Assembly (NCBI GenBank): GCA_965250285.1
Contig: OZ252299.1
Location: 2,208,001 to 2,272,000 of the forward strand
Direction: 5' to 3'
Length of the DNA stretch: 64,000 nt
Source of the DNA: Myxococcota bacterium
GTDB lineage: Bacteria; Myxococcota_A; UBA9160; UBA4427
The notes under the pieces were generated by a model, which ran no database searches, had not been told where the DNA came from, and worked only from the letters and a program-made list of their open reading frames with translations. The position numbers and the translations under genes are program-made. Of the stretch, positions 29,893 through 39,463 are shown in pieces; the first letter of the stretch is position 1, and each line of letters begins with the position of its first letter.

Positions 29893-31410
29893 TCAGCCGG
29901 AGGACGCGATGAGATCGGCGCGCACCTTGCGGCGCAGCAGCTTGCCGGTCTCGTTGTAGGGCAGCTCGTCGACGAACTCGATGCGCTCGGGCACGCGCGA
30001 AGAGCGCAGACGATCCTTCACCCACTGCTGCAGCTCGGCCACGGTCGGCGGCGGCGCGTCGCCGGCGTGCACCACGTGCGCAGCGACGGCTTCGCCCCAC
30101 TGTTCGTCGGGCACGCCGACCACGGCAGCATCACCGATGCCCGGGTGCTCGAGCATCACGTCTTCGATCTCGCCAGGCGACATGTTCTCGCCGCCGCGCA
30201 CGATGATGTCGTCGACCCGTCCTTCGAGGAAGAGATAGCCGTCGGCGTCGAGCGAGCCCCCATCGCGGGTCGGGAACCAGCCCTCGTCGTCGAGCAGCGT
30301 GCCCTTGCCGAGGTACTCGCCCGACACCTGCTCCCCACGCACGAAGATCTCGCCGCGTTCGTTCGGCCCGAGCGCATTGCCCTCGCCGTCCCGGATCTCG
30401 ACCTCGACGGTCGGCAGCGGCTGCCCCACCGACACGAGGCGACGGCGCACCGCCGGGTCGTCGCTCGCCATCGCGGCGCGGTGGTCGTCGGGGCCGAGCA
30501 GCGAAATCGTCGAGCTCGTCTCGGTCAGCCCGTACGCGTTGGTGAAATGCGTATCGGGGAAGAGCGTCATGGCCCGCTCGATCACGGCTTGCGGCATCTT
30601 GCCGCCGCCGTAGGCGATCGCACCGACGGGCGGCCCTTCGCCGGGCGCCGCGCCCGAGAGCGCATCATCGACGATGCGCTGCAGCATCGTCGGCACGACG
30701 AAGGCGTTCGTCACCCGCTCGCTGCGCGCCAGCTCGACCCAGTGGCCGGCGTCGAAGTTCGCGAGCTGCACGATGCGGCGGCCCGAGTAGATCGAGCTCG
30801 CGAGCGCCGCCATGCCGGCGATGTGATACGGAGGCACCGAGACGAGCGTCGCTTCGGCCTCGTCGGCCGCGCCGTACTCGACCGTCGTCAAGATGTACGA
30901 CACGAGATGCTTGTGCCGCAGCACGGCCGCCTTGGGCGGGCCCGTCGTGCCGCTCGTGAAGAGCAGGATCGCGATCTCGTCGGGATCCATGCCCCACGCA
31001 TCGGGCTCGGGCGGCCCTTCGGCCTGCTGCGCGTGCACCAGGAAGTCGTCGCGCGAGATCACCTCGATGCCCGGACGACCCGAGAGTTCGTCGACGCGCT
31101 CGGGCGACACGACGACGATCGCCGGCGTGATGCGCTCGAACAGGTTGTCGAGCTCCTCGCCGGTCAGCCGGTAGTTGAGCGGCACGAAGGGGACACCCGC
31201 ACAGCCCGCCGCGAAGAGCGCGACGGGCAGGGCCGGCGTACTCACGTCGAGCATCGCGAGGTGCTTCGCGTCGGAGCTCTTCACCCGGTCGGCCGCAGCG
31301 CCGGCCGCCTCGAAGAGCTGCTGATAGGTGAGCGCGACGTCCTCGTTCTGGACGGCGCGGCGATCCCCGAAACCCGAGGCCGCCATCTCGAGCAGCATCA
31401 TCACGTTCAT
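29893..31410 (-). CDS. Acyl-CoA synthetase (AMP-binding)
   Basis: FTSGTTGPPK, AYGLTE, TRD, GGEN, TGKLLR. Confidence 0.92.
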   Translation of the reverse strand: MNVMMLLEMAASGFGDRRAVQNEDVALTYQQLFEAAGAAADRVKSSDAKHLAMLDVSTPALPVALFAAGCAGVPFVPLNYRLTGEELDNLFERITPAIVVVSPERVDELSGRPGIEVISRDDFLVHAQQAEGPPEPDAWGMDPDEIAILLFTSGTTGPPKAAVLRHKHLVSYILTTVEYGAADEAEATLVSVPPYHIAGMAALASSIYSGRRIVQLANFDAGHWVELARSERVTNAFVVPTMLQRIVDDALSGAAPGEGPPVGAIAYGGGKMPQAVIERAMTLFPDTHFTNAYGLTETSSTISLLGPDDHRAAMASDDPAVRRRLVSVGQPLPTVEVEIRDGEGNALGPNERGEIFVRGEQVSGEYLGKGTLLDDEGWFPTRDGGSLDADGYLFLEGRVDDIIVRGGENMSPGEIEDVMLEHPGIGDAAVVGVPDEQWGEAVAAHVVHAGDAPPPTVAELQQWVKDRLRSSRVPERIEFVDELPYNETGKLLRRKVRADLIASSG

Positions 31411-31438
31411 CGGTCGGACTCTCTCGCGTTCGGTCGGA

Positions 31439-31750
31439 TCAGTCGGACGAAGGAAGCGGCTTCGCGCCCTTCACCTCGAGCACGGTATCGCCCACCGACA
31501 GCGAACCATCGCCGGGCTTCGAGACGAGCAGCTCGAGGTCGCCGGCCTCGTTGACATAGCGCTTGCCCATCTGCGTGCCGGCATCGTGGGGCGCAGCCGG
31601 ACTCGCCGACTCATCACGCTGCTCGGTGATCGGGAGGAGCGCCTCGCCCCCGCATCGCGCATCCACGTCGTCCTTGGGAGCCGCCACCACCATCACCTCG
31701 GTGGCGCACACGGCGCTTCGAAGACGCGTGCCGGGCTTGAGAACCGCCAT
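31439..31750 (-). CDS. Small conserved-looking protein with a two-fold desulforedoxin/zinc-ribbon-like repeat
   Basis: GTRLRSAVCATEVMVV...CGGE and GKRYVNEAGDLELLVSKPGDG; GGAGG upstream; same strand as and just before the ligase. Confidence 0.75.
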   Translation of the reverse strand: MAVLKPGTRLRSAVCATEVMVVAAPKDDVDARCGGEALLPITEQRDESASPAAPHDAGTQMGKRYVNEAGDLELLVSKPGDGSLSVGDTVLEVKGAKPLPSSD

Positions 31751-31776
31751 CGATCGAATCCTCCAATGGGTTCGCT

Positions 31777-33408
31777 GTGTCGTTCGGGTCGACCCGGCAC
31801 CGAAGGGCGCTCGGGCAGGGCCTCGAGAGACCTGCGATCATAGCCACATCGCCGACCGTGAGTCACGAATCGAAGCGGTTCGACGCCCGACCCCCGCGCC
31901 GCCGATCGCGAAGAATTCGCAGCGATGCGCGCGTTCGGCCGTCGCCGGAGAGAGCACGCCTCGTGTCGCCTCGTTCCATCGAAAATGCGCCGCATGGCCG
32001 CTCGACTGCGTCGCGTCATGCGGCCCGGCTGCTGGCCGATCTCGGCCTGCGCGGCCTCGCCGTCCCGGCCCCCTACGCCGCGACCGCGCATCCCGACGAA
32101 GACTGGATGAGGTCGGGTTGTCGCGGCGTGTCGCCCGATCCGCCGGCGCCGGTCGCCGCCTGCACGAAGGGCGCGTGGGCCGCACTCAACGCGCTCTCGC
32201 CGCGGCTGGGCGAGCTCGGCGTCGATCCATGCACCTTCCTGGGTGAGCGGGTTGCCCTGGGCGCGGTGGGCCGCGCCGGCCGGGCAACAGCGGGCGGTGC
32301 TGGCCGGCTCGTCCGCGCGCGCGATGGCTGGCTCGCGGTGCAGCTGCCGCGGCCCGACGACGTCGCGGCTCTGCCCGCCTGGCTCGAGTGCGATGCGGCC
32401 CTCGCCACCCAGCCCGACCCGCTCGACCGGATCGCACCCGTCGTGGCGACGCGCCGGCGCGACGCGCTCGTGGAGCGTGCGCGTCTGCTGGGCCTCGCCG
32501 TGGCCGCCGTCGCCGATCGCCGAGGCGAGGAGCGAGTGCCCTGGGTGGTGCGCACGCCGCCTTCGCGTGGCGACGCCCCGAGACGCTCGGGGTCACGGCT
32601 TCGGGTGCTCGACCTGTCGACGCTCTGGGCTGGGCCGCTCTGTGGACGCGTGCTCGGGTGGACCGGCGCCGATGTCGTGAAGGTCGAGCACGCCGGCCGC
32701 GTCGATGGCGCGCGCCTCGGCCCGCGTGCGTTCTTCGATGCGATGAACGGTGAGAAGTCGATGTGCGCGGCTGACCCGACGACGCGCGCCGGCGCCGACG
32801 CGCTGCGGGCGCTCATCGGTGCGGCCGACGTCGTCGTCGAGAGCGCGCGCCCTCGCGCGCTCGCGCAGCTCGGGCTCGACGCGCAGGCCTGCGTCGATGC
32901 ACGCCCGGGCCTCGTGTGGGTTTCGATCACGGGCTACGGCCGCCCGGCGCCCCGCGGTGACTGGGTCGCGTTCGGGGACGACGCCGCCGTGGCGGCGGGC
33001 CTGTTCGCGGTCGACGCGACCGGTGCCCCGCTCTTCGTCGGAGACGCGCTCGCCGATCCGCTGGCCGGGCTGCACGCGGCCGTCGCGGCGCTCGCGGGCG
33101 TGCGGCTCGGCGGCGGCCTCTTCGACGTGCCGCTCTACGGCGTCGCCCGACTCTGCCGCGAGACACCCGTCGCCGAGGCCCCGAGACCGCCCTCGGCCTC
33201 TGTCGACGACGGTTCGAGCCCGATCGCGGCGCCCCCCTCCCCTGCCTCTGTGGCTTCGAGCCCGGACGCGACGCCCGCAACGGGCGCGCACCTCGGGCCG
33301 GTGTCGGGCCCCGCCCGTGCGGTGGGCGCCGACACCGACGCCGTGTTCGAGCGTTGGCTGGCCGGCGCGACCCGGCCCCGCGCGCGCATGGCCGCACCGG
33401 CGTGTTGA
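31777..33408 (+). CDS. Family III CoA-transferase-like protein (true start probably about 32000-32110)
   Basis: RARDGWLAV, LRVLDLSTLWAGP, GADVVKVE, SITGYGR, GDALADPLAG. Confidence 0.8.
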   Translation: MSFGSTRHRRALGQGLERPAIIATSPTVSHESKRFDARPPRRRSRRIRSDARVRPSPERARLVSPRSIENAPHGRSTASRHAARLLADLGLRGLAVPAPYAATAHPDEDWMRSGCRGVSPDPPAPVAACTKGAWAALNALSPRLGELGVDPCTFLGERVALGAVGRAGRATAGGAGRLVRARDGWLAVQLPRPDDVAALPAWLECDAALATQPDPLDRIAPVVATRRRDALVERARLLGLAVAAVADRRGEERVPWVVRTPPSRGDAPRRSGSRLRVLDLSTLWAGPLCGRVLGWTGADVVKVEHAGRVDGARLGPRAFFDAMNGEKSMCAADPTTRAGADALRALIGAADVVVESARPRALAQLGLDAQACVDARPGLVWVSITGYGRPAPRGDWVAFGDDAAVAAGLFAVDATGAPLFVGDALADPLAGLHAAVAALAGVRLGGGLFDVPLYGVARLCRETPVAEAPRPPSASVDDGSSPIAAPPSPASVASSPDATPATGAHLGPVSGPARAVGADTDAVFERWLAGATRPRARMAAPAC

Positions 33409-34817
33409 TCGTCGATGCCGAGATCGACGGCCGCCCCGGCATACGGGTGCGGATCGAAGACGATCGCGTCGACGCCATCGCGCCGAACCTGTCTGCGCGT
33501 GCGGGCGAGCGCGTCTTCGATGCTCGGGGCGGCGCGCTCCTGCCGGGCCTGCACGATCACCACATCCACCTGCAGGCCACGGCACGCGCAGCCACGTCCA
33601 TCGACTGCGGACCGCCCGCGGTCGAGAACGAGTCGCAGCTCGTCGCCGCGCTGGGCCGCGCGGCGTCGAGCGCACCGCCGAACGAGACGCTGCGCGGCAT
33701 CGGCTACCACGAGTCGGTGGCGGGCGACCTCGACGCGGCCCGACTCGATCGCTGGGTGAGCGATCGCCCGCTGCGCGTGCAACACCGCACCGGCGCGCTG
33801 TGGATGTTCAATCGCGCGGCGCTCGCGCGGCTGGACGCCCCCGTCGACACGTGGCCCGAGGGCGCCGAGCGCGACGCGCGCGGCCGCCCGACCGGACGCT
33901 TCCATCGGCTCGACGACTGGCTGCGCGAGCAGCTTGGGGGTGCGAAGCGTCCCGACCTCGCCCCGCTGTCTCGCGCGCTCGCGGCGCATGGCATCACCGG
34001 CGTGACCGACACGACACCAACGCTCGACGACGACGACGCGGCGTACGTGCGCGACGCGATCGAGCGCGGTGCGCTCATGCAGCGCGCGGTGCTGATGGGC
34101 TGCGAGAGGCTGTCGAAGATCGATCACGCCCGAATCGAACGCGGACCGCTCAAGATCATCCTCGACGAGCCGGCCCTGCCCGACCTCGACGCGCTGGCCG
34201 AACGCATGGCGCGTGCGCATGCCGCCGGGCGGCCCGTCGCCGTGCACTGCGTCACCCGCGCCGAGCTCGCGCTCGCCTACGGCGCATTCGAAGCGGCGCG
34301 GCCGATCGCGGGCGACCGCATCGAACACGCGAGCGTCGCGCCCCCGGCCTGGGTCGAGCTGATCGCGGGCACACCGATCACGGTCGTGACCCAACCGAAC
34401 TTCGTCTACGAACGCGGCGACCGGTATCTCGAAGACGTCGACCCGGACGATCGGCCATGGCTCTACCGCGGGCGCGGCTGGCTCGAAGCCGGCGTGCCCC
34501 TCGCGGCCGGCAGCGACGCCCCATACGGCGGCATCGATCCGTGGCGCGCCATGGCCGCGGCCGGTTCGCGACAGACCCGGGCGGGCCAGAGCCTGAGCTC
34601 GGCGGAGGCGCTCTCGCCCGAAGAATCACTCGCGCTCTTCACGAGCGATCCGCTCGAACCTGGCGTGAAACAAAGGAGAATCGAGGTCGGAGCCCGCGCT
34701 GACCTCGTCGCCCTCGACGCGCCCTGGCGCACCGCCCGAACGGCGCTGGCGACTGAGCGGGTCGCGCTGACCGTCGCGGGTGGTCGCATCGTGCACGCGC
34801 GGTCGGACGCCGTCTAG
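33402..34817 (+). CDS. Amidohydrolase (YtcJ/amidohydro_3-like)
   Basis: PGLHDHHIH, VAVHCV, RIEHAS, AGSDAP; GTG start overlaps the upstream stop. Confidence 0.88.
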   Translation: MLIVDAEIDGRPGIRVRIEDDRVDAIAPNLSARAGERVFDARGGALLPGLHDHHIHLQATARAATSIDCGPPAVENESQLVAALGRAASSAPPNETLRGIGYHESVAGDLDAARLDRWVSDRPLRVQHRTGALWMFNRAALARLDAPVDTWPEGAERDARGRPTGRFHRLDDWLREQLGGAKRPDLAPLSRALAAHGITGVTDTTPTLDDDDAAYVRDAIERGALMQRAVLMGCERLSKIDHARIERGPLKIILDEPALPDLDALAERMARAHAAGRPVAVHCVTRAELALAYGAFEAARPIAGDRIEHASVAPPAWVELIAGTPITVVTQPNFVYERGDRYLEDVDPDDRPWLYRGRGWLEAGVPLAAGSDAPYGGIDPWRAMAAAGSRQTRAGQSLSSAEALSPEESLALFTSDPLEPGVKQRRIEVGARADLVALDAPWRTARTALATERVALTVAGGRIVHARSDAV

Positions 34818-35620
34818 AGCATGCCCTGCTTGTCGCCGACGTCGATCCCGGCGGCATAGGCGAAGTCGACGATCAGGTTCACGCCGCTCACGAATCGGGC
34901 GGCCCGGCTGTTCAGGAAGACGAGCGGCTCGGCCATCTCTTCGGGTGTGGCGTCCCGGCCGATCGGCGCACGGAAGTGCTCGTCGATGAACGCCTTCGAC
35001 ACCTGGGCATGGAAGTCGGGGAGCATCGGCGTTTCGGTCGGCGCGGGCGACAGACAGTTCACGCGAATCGCCCGTTCGACGAGCTGATGCGCGCGGCGCT
35101 TCGTGTAGCCAATGATCGCCTGCTTCGAGAAGAGGTAGCCGTTCGCGATGTCGGGATGCTCAGCGCACCACTTCGACGCGGCGTCGAAGTCGTCGATGTC
35201 GAGGAGCGTGCGCACGTTGTCGAGGTTCTTCTGCCAACCGAGTCCGGCGTTCGACGTGATGCTCGCGATCGCGCCCCCGTCCTCGAGCATCGGCAAGACC
35301 CGCTCGGTGAAGTGACGCAGGCCCACGAAGTTGACGAGCATCGTCTGGTGGTTGTCGAACTTGGGCGGCCCCGGCACGCCGGCGCAGTTGAAGAGCGCAT
35401 CGTAGCGACCGCTCAGCTGAGCCGATGCCGCTTCGATCGACGCGCGATCACCGAGGTCGACCTGAATCGACACCGCGTGCGGAGCGCTGACCGGCGCGAC
35501 ATCGAGCACCGTGGTCTCGGCGCCGAGATTCGAGAGCGTACGGGCCACCGCCTCGCCCATGCCCGACGCTGCGCCGGTCACCACGACCCGCTGTCCCTCG
35601 TAGCCCCATAGGTCCGACAT
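34814..35620 (-). CDS. SDR, 3-alpha-HSD/coniferyl-alcohol dehydrogenase-like
   Basis: MSDLWGYEGQRVVVTGAASGMG, FNCAG, YLFSK; GGAGG RBS. Confidence 0.88.
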   Translation of the reverse strand: MSDLWGYEGQRVVVTGAASGMGEAVARTLSNLGAETTVLDVAPVSAPHAVSIQVDLGDRASIEAASAQLSGRYDALFNCAGVPGPPKFDNHQTMLVNFVGLRHFTERVLPMLEDGGAIASITSNAGLGWQKNLDNVRTLLDIDDFDAASKWCAEHPDIANGYLFSKQAIIGYTKRRAHQLVERAIRVNCLSPAPTETPMLPDFHAQVSKAFIDEHFRAPIGRDATPEEMAEPLVFLNSRAARFVSGVNLIVDFAYAAGIDVGDKQGML

Positions 35621-35755
35621 GCCTGCCTCCCTCGACGGCCTGTGCTCGAGCGCCGGTCGGTCGACGCGCCGCATCGCCCACCCGCGCGCGCATGCGCCGC
35701 CTGGCGTTCCGCGCTTCTTCGAAGTGGAAAGCCTAAGGGAGCGGCGCGCTTTCGT

Positions 35756-35810
35756 GCAATGAATTCGTTGCCCGTTCGGTCGCAATGCCAATCCCAGATG
35801 AATTCGTCTC
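35756..35810. promoter_or_regulatory. Twin near-palindromic sites (ATGAATTCGT x2, 39 bp apart)
   Basis: GCAATGAATTCGTTGC at 35756-35771 and AGATGAATTCGTCT at 35796-35809, in an AT-richer divergent intergenic region. Confidence 0.45.
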
Positions 35811-36058
35811 GGATCAGACACTCGCGCCCCAATGTTCCATCGCGATTCGTTTCGCATTCGGAACGCGATGCATACGTTGGGTGGGCTCGCATCGGATGGC
35901 AGGACGGCGGCAGCCCCTGGCTCCAAGTGGCCCCTGGATGGCGCTCTCTTCCGATGCGAGCGCCGCCCCGAACCGTCTCGTGTCGCACCGACACGCGACG
36001 GCCCGGCCCGAAGCGCGTCGCTTCGCAGCACGACGCGCGTGAACGAGAGGGCTTCTGC

Positions 36059-37000
36059 GTGATCGTCCAATCCTTCTACAACAAGCGACTCCGCCGCTAC
36101 GCCCACCTGGTCGTGTGCCCCGAGACCGGTGCGGCCGCAGTGATCGACCCGGTCAGCGAGGACGCCGACGCGTACGCAGAGGCGGCCCGGTCGAGCGAGG
36201 CCCGACTGGCCTTCGCGCTCCAGACCGCGGCACGCCCGGCTGACCCGGCCGCACTGCGCACGCTCGAGGATCGCTTCGGCACCGTGACGCGCGCCCCGGC
36301 GCGCCATCCGCGGCAGCCGGACAACACCGGACTCGTCGCCGTCGGCGATGCGTTCGAGCTCGGCGCCCTGCCGGTTCGCGTCGTCTCGAACACGCCGCCA
36401 GCGGGACCCGACGTCGCGTACCGCATCGACGACACGCTCTTCACCGGCTGGACGCTCGTGAAGGGTGATCTGTCTCGCGAAGCCGGTCCGATCGACGCCG
36501 ACGAGCTCATCGCACGCGCGCGCAACGACCTCGGCGCGCTCGTCTCGGCGCGCAAGCTCACGCGCAAGGAGACGGCGCTCGCCGAGAACTATCTCACGTT
36601 GCTCGAAGAGCTCGGTCGACCGCCGAGCGCACGTGAGCTCGCGAACGTCGAAGCGGGTCTCGATCGGGGGGCCGTGCACGTGCTGATCCACGGCATGCGT
36701 CGCAAGCAGGTCGCGCTCGGGCAGGTCCCGATCCTGCTCCACGGCCAGATGCACAAGTGGCTCAAGGGCCTGCAGGGCGAGCCCGAATACACGGCGCACG
36801 AGCGCCGATTCCTCGCCGAGTATCTGGGCTTCGTCGAGGAGCACGGACGCGTGCCGACCGGCCCCGAGATCAAGACGCGACTGCCCGAGGGCACGACGAT
36901 CCAGTGGGTGCGCAAACGCGTGCACACGATCCGCCGCAAGCAGGCCGCCTTCGGCCGCGCACCGATCCTCATGGGTCGCGAGCGACGCCAGCCCCGGTAG
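36059..37000 (+). CDS. Putative regulator: degenerate MBL (ETHE1/GloB-like) domain + two LexA-like HTH repeats
   Basis: GTG start; AAVIDPV, ALQT lacking HxHxDH, TLFTGWTL; repeats LTRKE...EELGRPPSARELA and YTAHE...EEHGRVPTGPEI. Confidence 0.7.
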   Translation: MIVQSFYNKRLRRYAHLVVCPETGAAAVIDPVSEDADAYAEAARSSEARLAFALQTAARPADPAALRTLEDRFGTVTRAPARHPRQPDNTGLVAVGDAFELGALPVRVVSNTPPAGPDVAYRIDDTLFTGWTLVKGDLSREAGPIDADELIARARNDLGALVSARKLTRKETALAENYLTLLEELGRPPSARELANVEAGLDRGAVHVLIHGMRRKQVALGQVPILLHGQMHKWLKGLQGEPEYTAHERRFLAEYLGFVEEHGRVPTGPEIKTRLPEGTTIQWVRKRVHTIRRKQAAFGRAPILMGRERRQPR

Positions 37001-37235
37001 CCCGCGCCCCCGCGGCTCTCCTCGACTCGGCCCCCGCGGCCGGGCGAACCAGACGGGCGCGCGTGTCGTCCCAACCCCCTGACGCCCCAACCGAATCTCG
37101 AATCGGTGGCCGTGGCAGCGCGCTCGGGCGCACGCCTATACTCCCGCCACCCCCTGAGACCGCGAGCCGGCCCGCGATCGGCCTGACAGGCCGCGCCGCG
37201 ATCCCGCGCCGCGATCAGGAGACCATCCACAGCTC

Positions 37236-38279
37236 ATGCGTGATCTCGAGCGCCAGAAGCCGGGCGCCCCCGCCATGCGCACGCGCCGATTCGGAACGCA
37301 GCGACCGACGCTCGTTCTCGGGCTGCTGCTCGCCTGCCTGGCGATGGCCTGCCCACAGGGCGTCGACGTGACACCGCCGGCCGGGGCCGCGGAGGACCCC
37401 GACGTCGATCGCGACGCGATCGTGGCGATGGCGCGGCTCGAGCCGGCCAGCGCGGTGATCGAGGTCGGCGCCGCGATCGACGACGTGGTGCTCGAGATGC
37501 AGGTGCAGGAGGGCGAGTCGGTCGAGTCGGGCCAGGCGCTCGCCGTGCTCGCGAGTCATCCGCTGCGCCAGGCCGAGCTCGAGGCGGCCGAGATCGAGCT
37601 CGAGCGCGTGTCGCTCGCGCCCTACGACGTGGCTGCCCAGCAGGCCCGCGTGCGCGCCGCCAAGGCGAGTCTCGATCACGCGCGCAACGAGGTGTCGAGC
37701 CAGGAGAATCTGTCGGGCAAGGGCTTCAGCGCGGGGCGCGAATTTCGCGACGCCGAGCTGCGGGTGACCCAGGCCGAAGAGACCCTGAAGGAAACCCAGG
37801 CCGAGCTCGAGCGTCTCGAAGGGGGCGTCGCCCTCGACCAGCGCACGGCCGAGAACAGCGTGGAGCAAGCCCGGCAGCGCCTCGAACAGACGATCGTGCG
37901 TGCGCCGATCTCGGGCCAGCTGTTGCGGATCCCGATCCGCGAGGGCGAACGCGTGAAGGGTCGACCCGTCGTGCAGATCGGCGATACCGCCACGATGTTC
38001 GCGGTGGCCGAGGTGCATGCGAACGACGTGCGGCTCGTTGCGCCCGGCCAGACCGCCGTCTTCTCGAGCCCGGCCCTGCCCTCCGACGTCACGGGCGTCG
38101 TCGACGACGTCGGCGCGATCATCTTCAACAACGCCATCGGCGGTGAAGATCCCCGTGCACCCAAGGGCCTGCGGGTCGTGCGCGTGCGGGTGCGACTCGA
38201 CGAAGACCCGCTCGCGCAGCAGCTCACCAACCTCGAGGGCCAGGTCCGCATCGACCTCAGGTCCGCGCCGGCCCAGTGA
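37236..38279 (+). CDS. DevB-like membrane fusion protein (HlyD family), possible lipoprotein
   Basis: ARLEPAS, VQEGESVESGQAL lipoyl-like half, IVRAPISG, MFAVAEVHAND, RVVRVRVRL; alternative ATG at 37275. Confidence 0.85.
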   Translation: MRDLERQKPGAPAMRTRRFGTQRPTLVLGLLLACLAMACPQGVDVTPPAGAAEDPDVDRDAIVAMARLEPASAVIEVGAAIDDVVLEMQVQEGESVESGQALAVLASHPLRQAELEAAEIELERVSLAPYDVAAQQARVRAAKASLDHARNEVSSQENLSGKGFSAGREFRDAELRVTQAEETLKETQAELERLEGGVALDQRTAENSVEQARQRLEQTIVRAPISGQLLRIPIREGERVKGRPVVQIGDTATMFAVAEVHANDVRLVAPGQTAVFSSPALPSDVTGVVDDVGAIIFNNAIGGEDPRAPKGLRVVRVRVRLDEDPLAQQLTNLEGQVRIDLRSAPAQ

Positions 38280-39463
38280 ACGACGTCGAACCCGGCCCGC
38301 CGCGGGCCAGACGCGCCCAGCGCCCCGTGCCGTTCGCGCTGCGGCTCGTCCTGCACCAGAAACGACGCACGGCAGTCGCAGCGGCCGGCATCGGCTTTGC
38401 GATCCTCGTGATCTTCATGCAGCTGGGGTTCTTCGGGGCCGTAGAGAACACGGCCCTGGCCATCTCGTCACGGTTTCGCGCCGATCTCGTCCTGGTCTCG
38501 CCGCGCTTCGCGCGCCTCGCCGATGCCGGTACGATCGACGCGGCGCGCCTCTACCAGGCGCAGGCCATCGACTCGGTCGAGGCGGCGATTCCCGTGTTCT
38601 TCAGGTACGTGAATTGGCGCGTGCCCGAGACGATGCAGCGCTGCCGCCTCTTCGCCGTGGGCTTTCCGCTCGACTCGAACGGGGGCGAGCCGCCGCTCGA
38701 TCCGGGTGTCGAGGCCGTCGATCTCGACCGGCTCCGCAGCCAGGGGGCGGTCTTCCTCGACCGCCAGAGTCAGGCGAAGTGTCGGCCGGTCGATCCGGCG
38801 GGCCGCGTCGAGGCGCGCAACAAGGCCGCGCAGGTCGTGGGTGAGATCGACGTCGGTGTCGGCTTCCTCGCCGACGGTGCCCTGTTGATGAGCGACGACT
38901 CGTTCCTGCAGTTCTTCGTGACCCATCCCTCGAACCGCCCCCACCTGGGCTTGCTGCGCCTTCGAGAGGGGGCCGACGTCGACGAGGCAAAGGCAGCGCT
39001 GATCGAGTCATTGCCGACCGATGTCCGTGTGCTCGACGCCGACGAGATCGACGAGATGCAGCGCAGACACTGGGTCGAACACACCGCCGTCGGCAACATC
39101 TTCACGATGGGGAGCTTCGCCGGCTTCATGGTCGGGGTGGTGGTGCTCTACCAGATTCTCTCGACCGACATCCGAAACCAACTGCCCTACTACGCAACGC
39201 TCAAGGCGATGGGCTACCCCAACCGTCGCCTCTATGGCTACGTATTCAGACAGGCCTGGATCTTCGCCGGGCTCGGGTTCGTTCCCTCGCTGGTCATGAG
39301 CTCGGCGCTCTTTCCGGTGATCCATTCGCTGACGCGCCTGCCGGTCTTCATGACGGTGGGCCTCGCGCTCTTCATCGGCACGCTCTCGGCCGTGATGTGC
39401 ACGCTCGCGGCGGCGATCAGCTTGCGCAAGCTCGCCAACGCCGACCCGGCCGAGCTCTTCTAG
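38276..39463 (+). CDS. DevC-like ABC permease (FtsX/MacB type)
   Basis: GIGFAILVIFMQLGF, LYQILSTDI...YATLKAMGY, ends DPAELF. Confidence 0.9.
   Translation: MNDVEPGPPRARRAQRPVPFALRLVLHQKRRTAVAAAGIGFAILVIFMQLGFFGAVENTALAISSRFRADLVLVSPRFARLADAGTIDAARLYQAQAIDSVEAAIPVFFRYVNWRVPETMQRCRLFAVGFPLDSNGGEPPLDPGVEAVDLDRLRSQGAVFLDRQSQAKCRPVDPAGRVEARNKAAQVVGEIDVGVGFLADGALLMSDDSFLQFFVTHPSNRPHLGLLRLREGADVDEAKAALIESLPTDVRVLDADEIDEMQRRHWVEHTAVGNIFTMGSFAGFMVGVVVLYQILSTDIRNQLPYYATLKAMGYPNRRLYGYVFRQAWIFAGLGFVPSLVMSSALFPVIHSLTRLPVFMTVGLALFIGTLSAVMCTLAAAISLRKLANADPAELF

Noticed and set aside
24082..31554. Long plus-strand ORFs (878 aa and 989 aa)
   Set aside because: Arg/Ala-rich or mirror-frame translations overlapping well-supported genes; no domain motifs
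35642..36058. N-terminal 139 aa of the 452-aa ORF
   Set aside because: Non-coding-like composition; MBL-like similarity begins at GTG 36059
35621..37090. Upstream extension of the 758-aa minus ORF as an SDR fusion
   Set aside because: Lies antisense to the MBL-LexA gene; the SDR has its own ATG at 35620 with GGAGG
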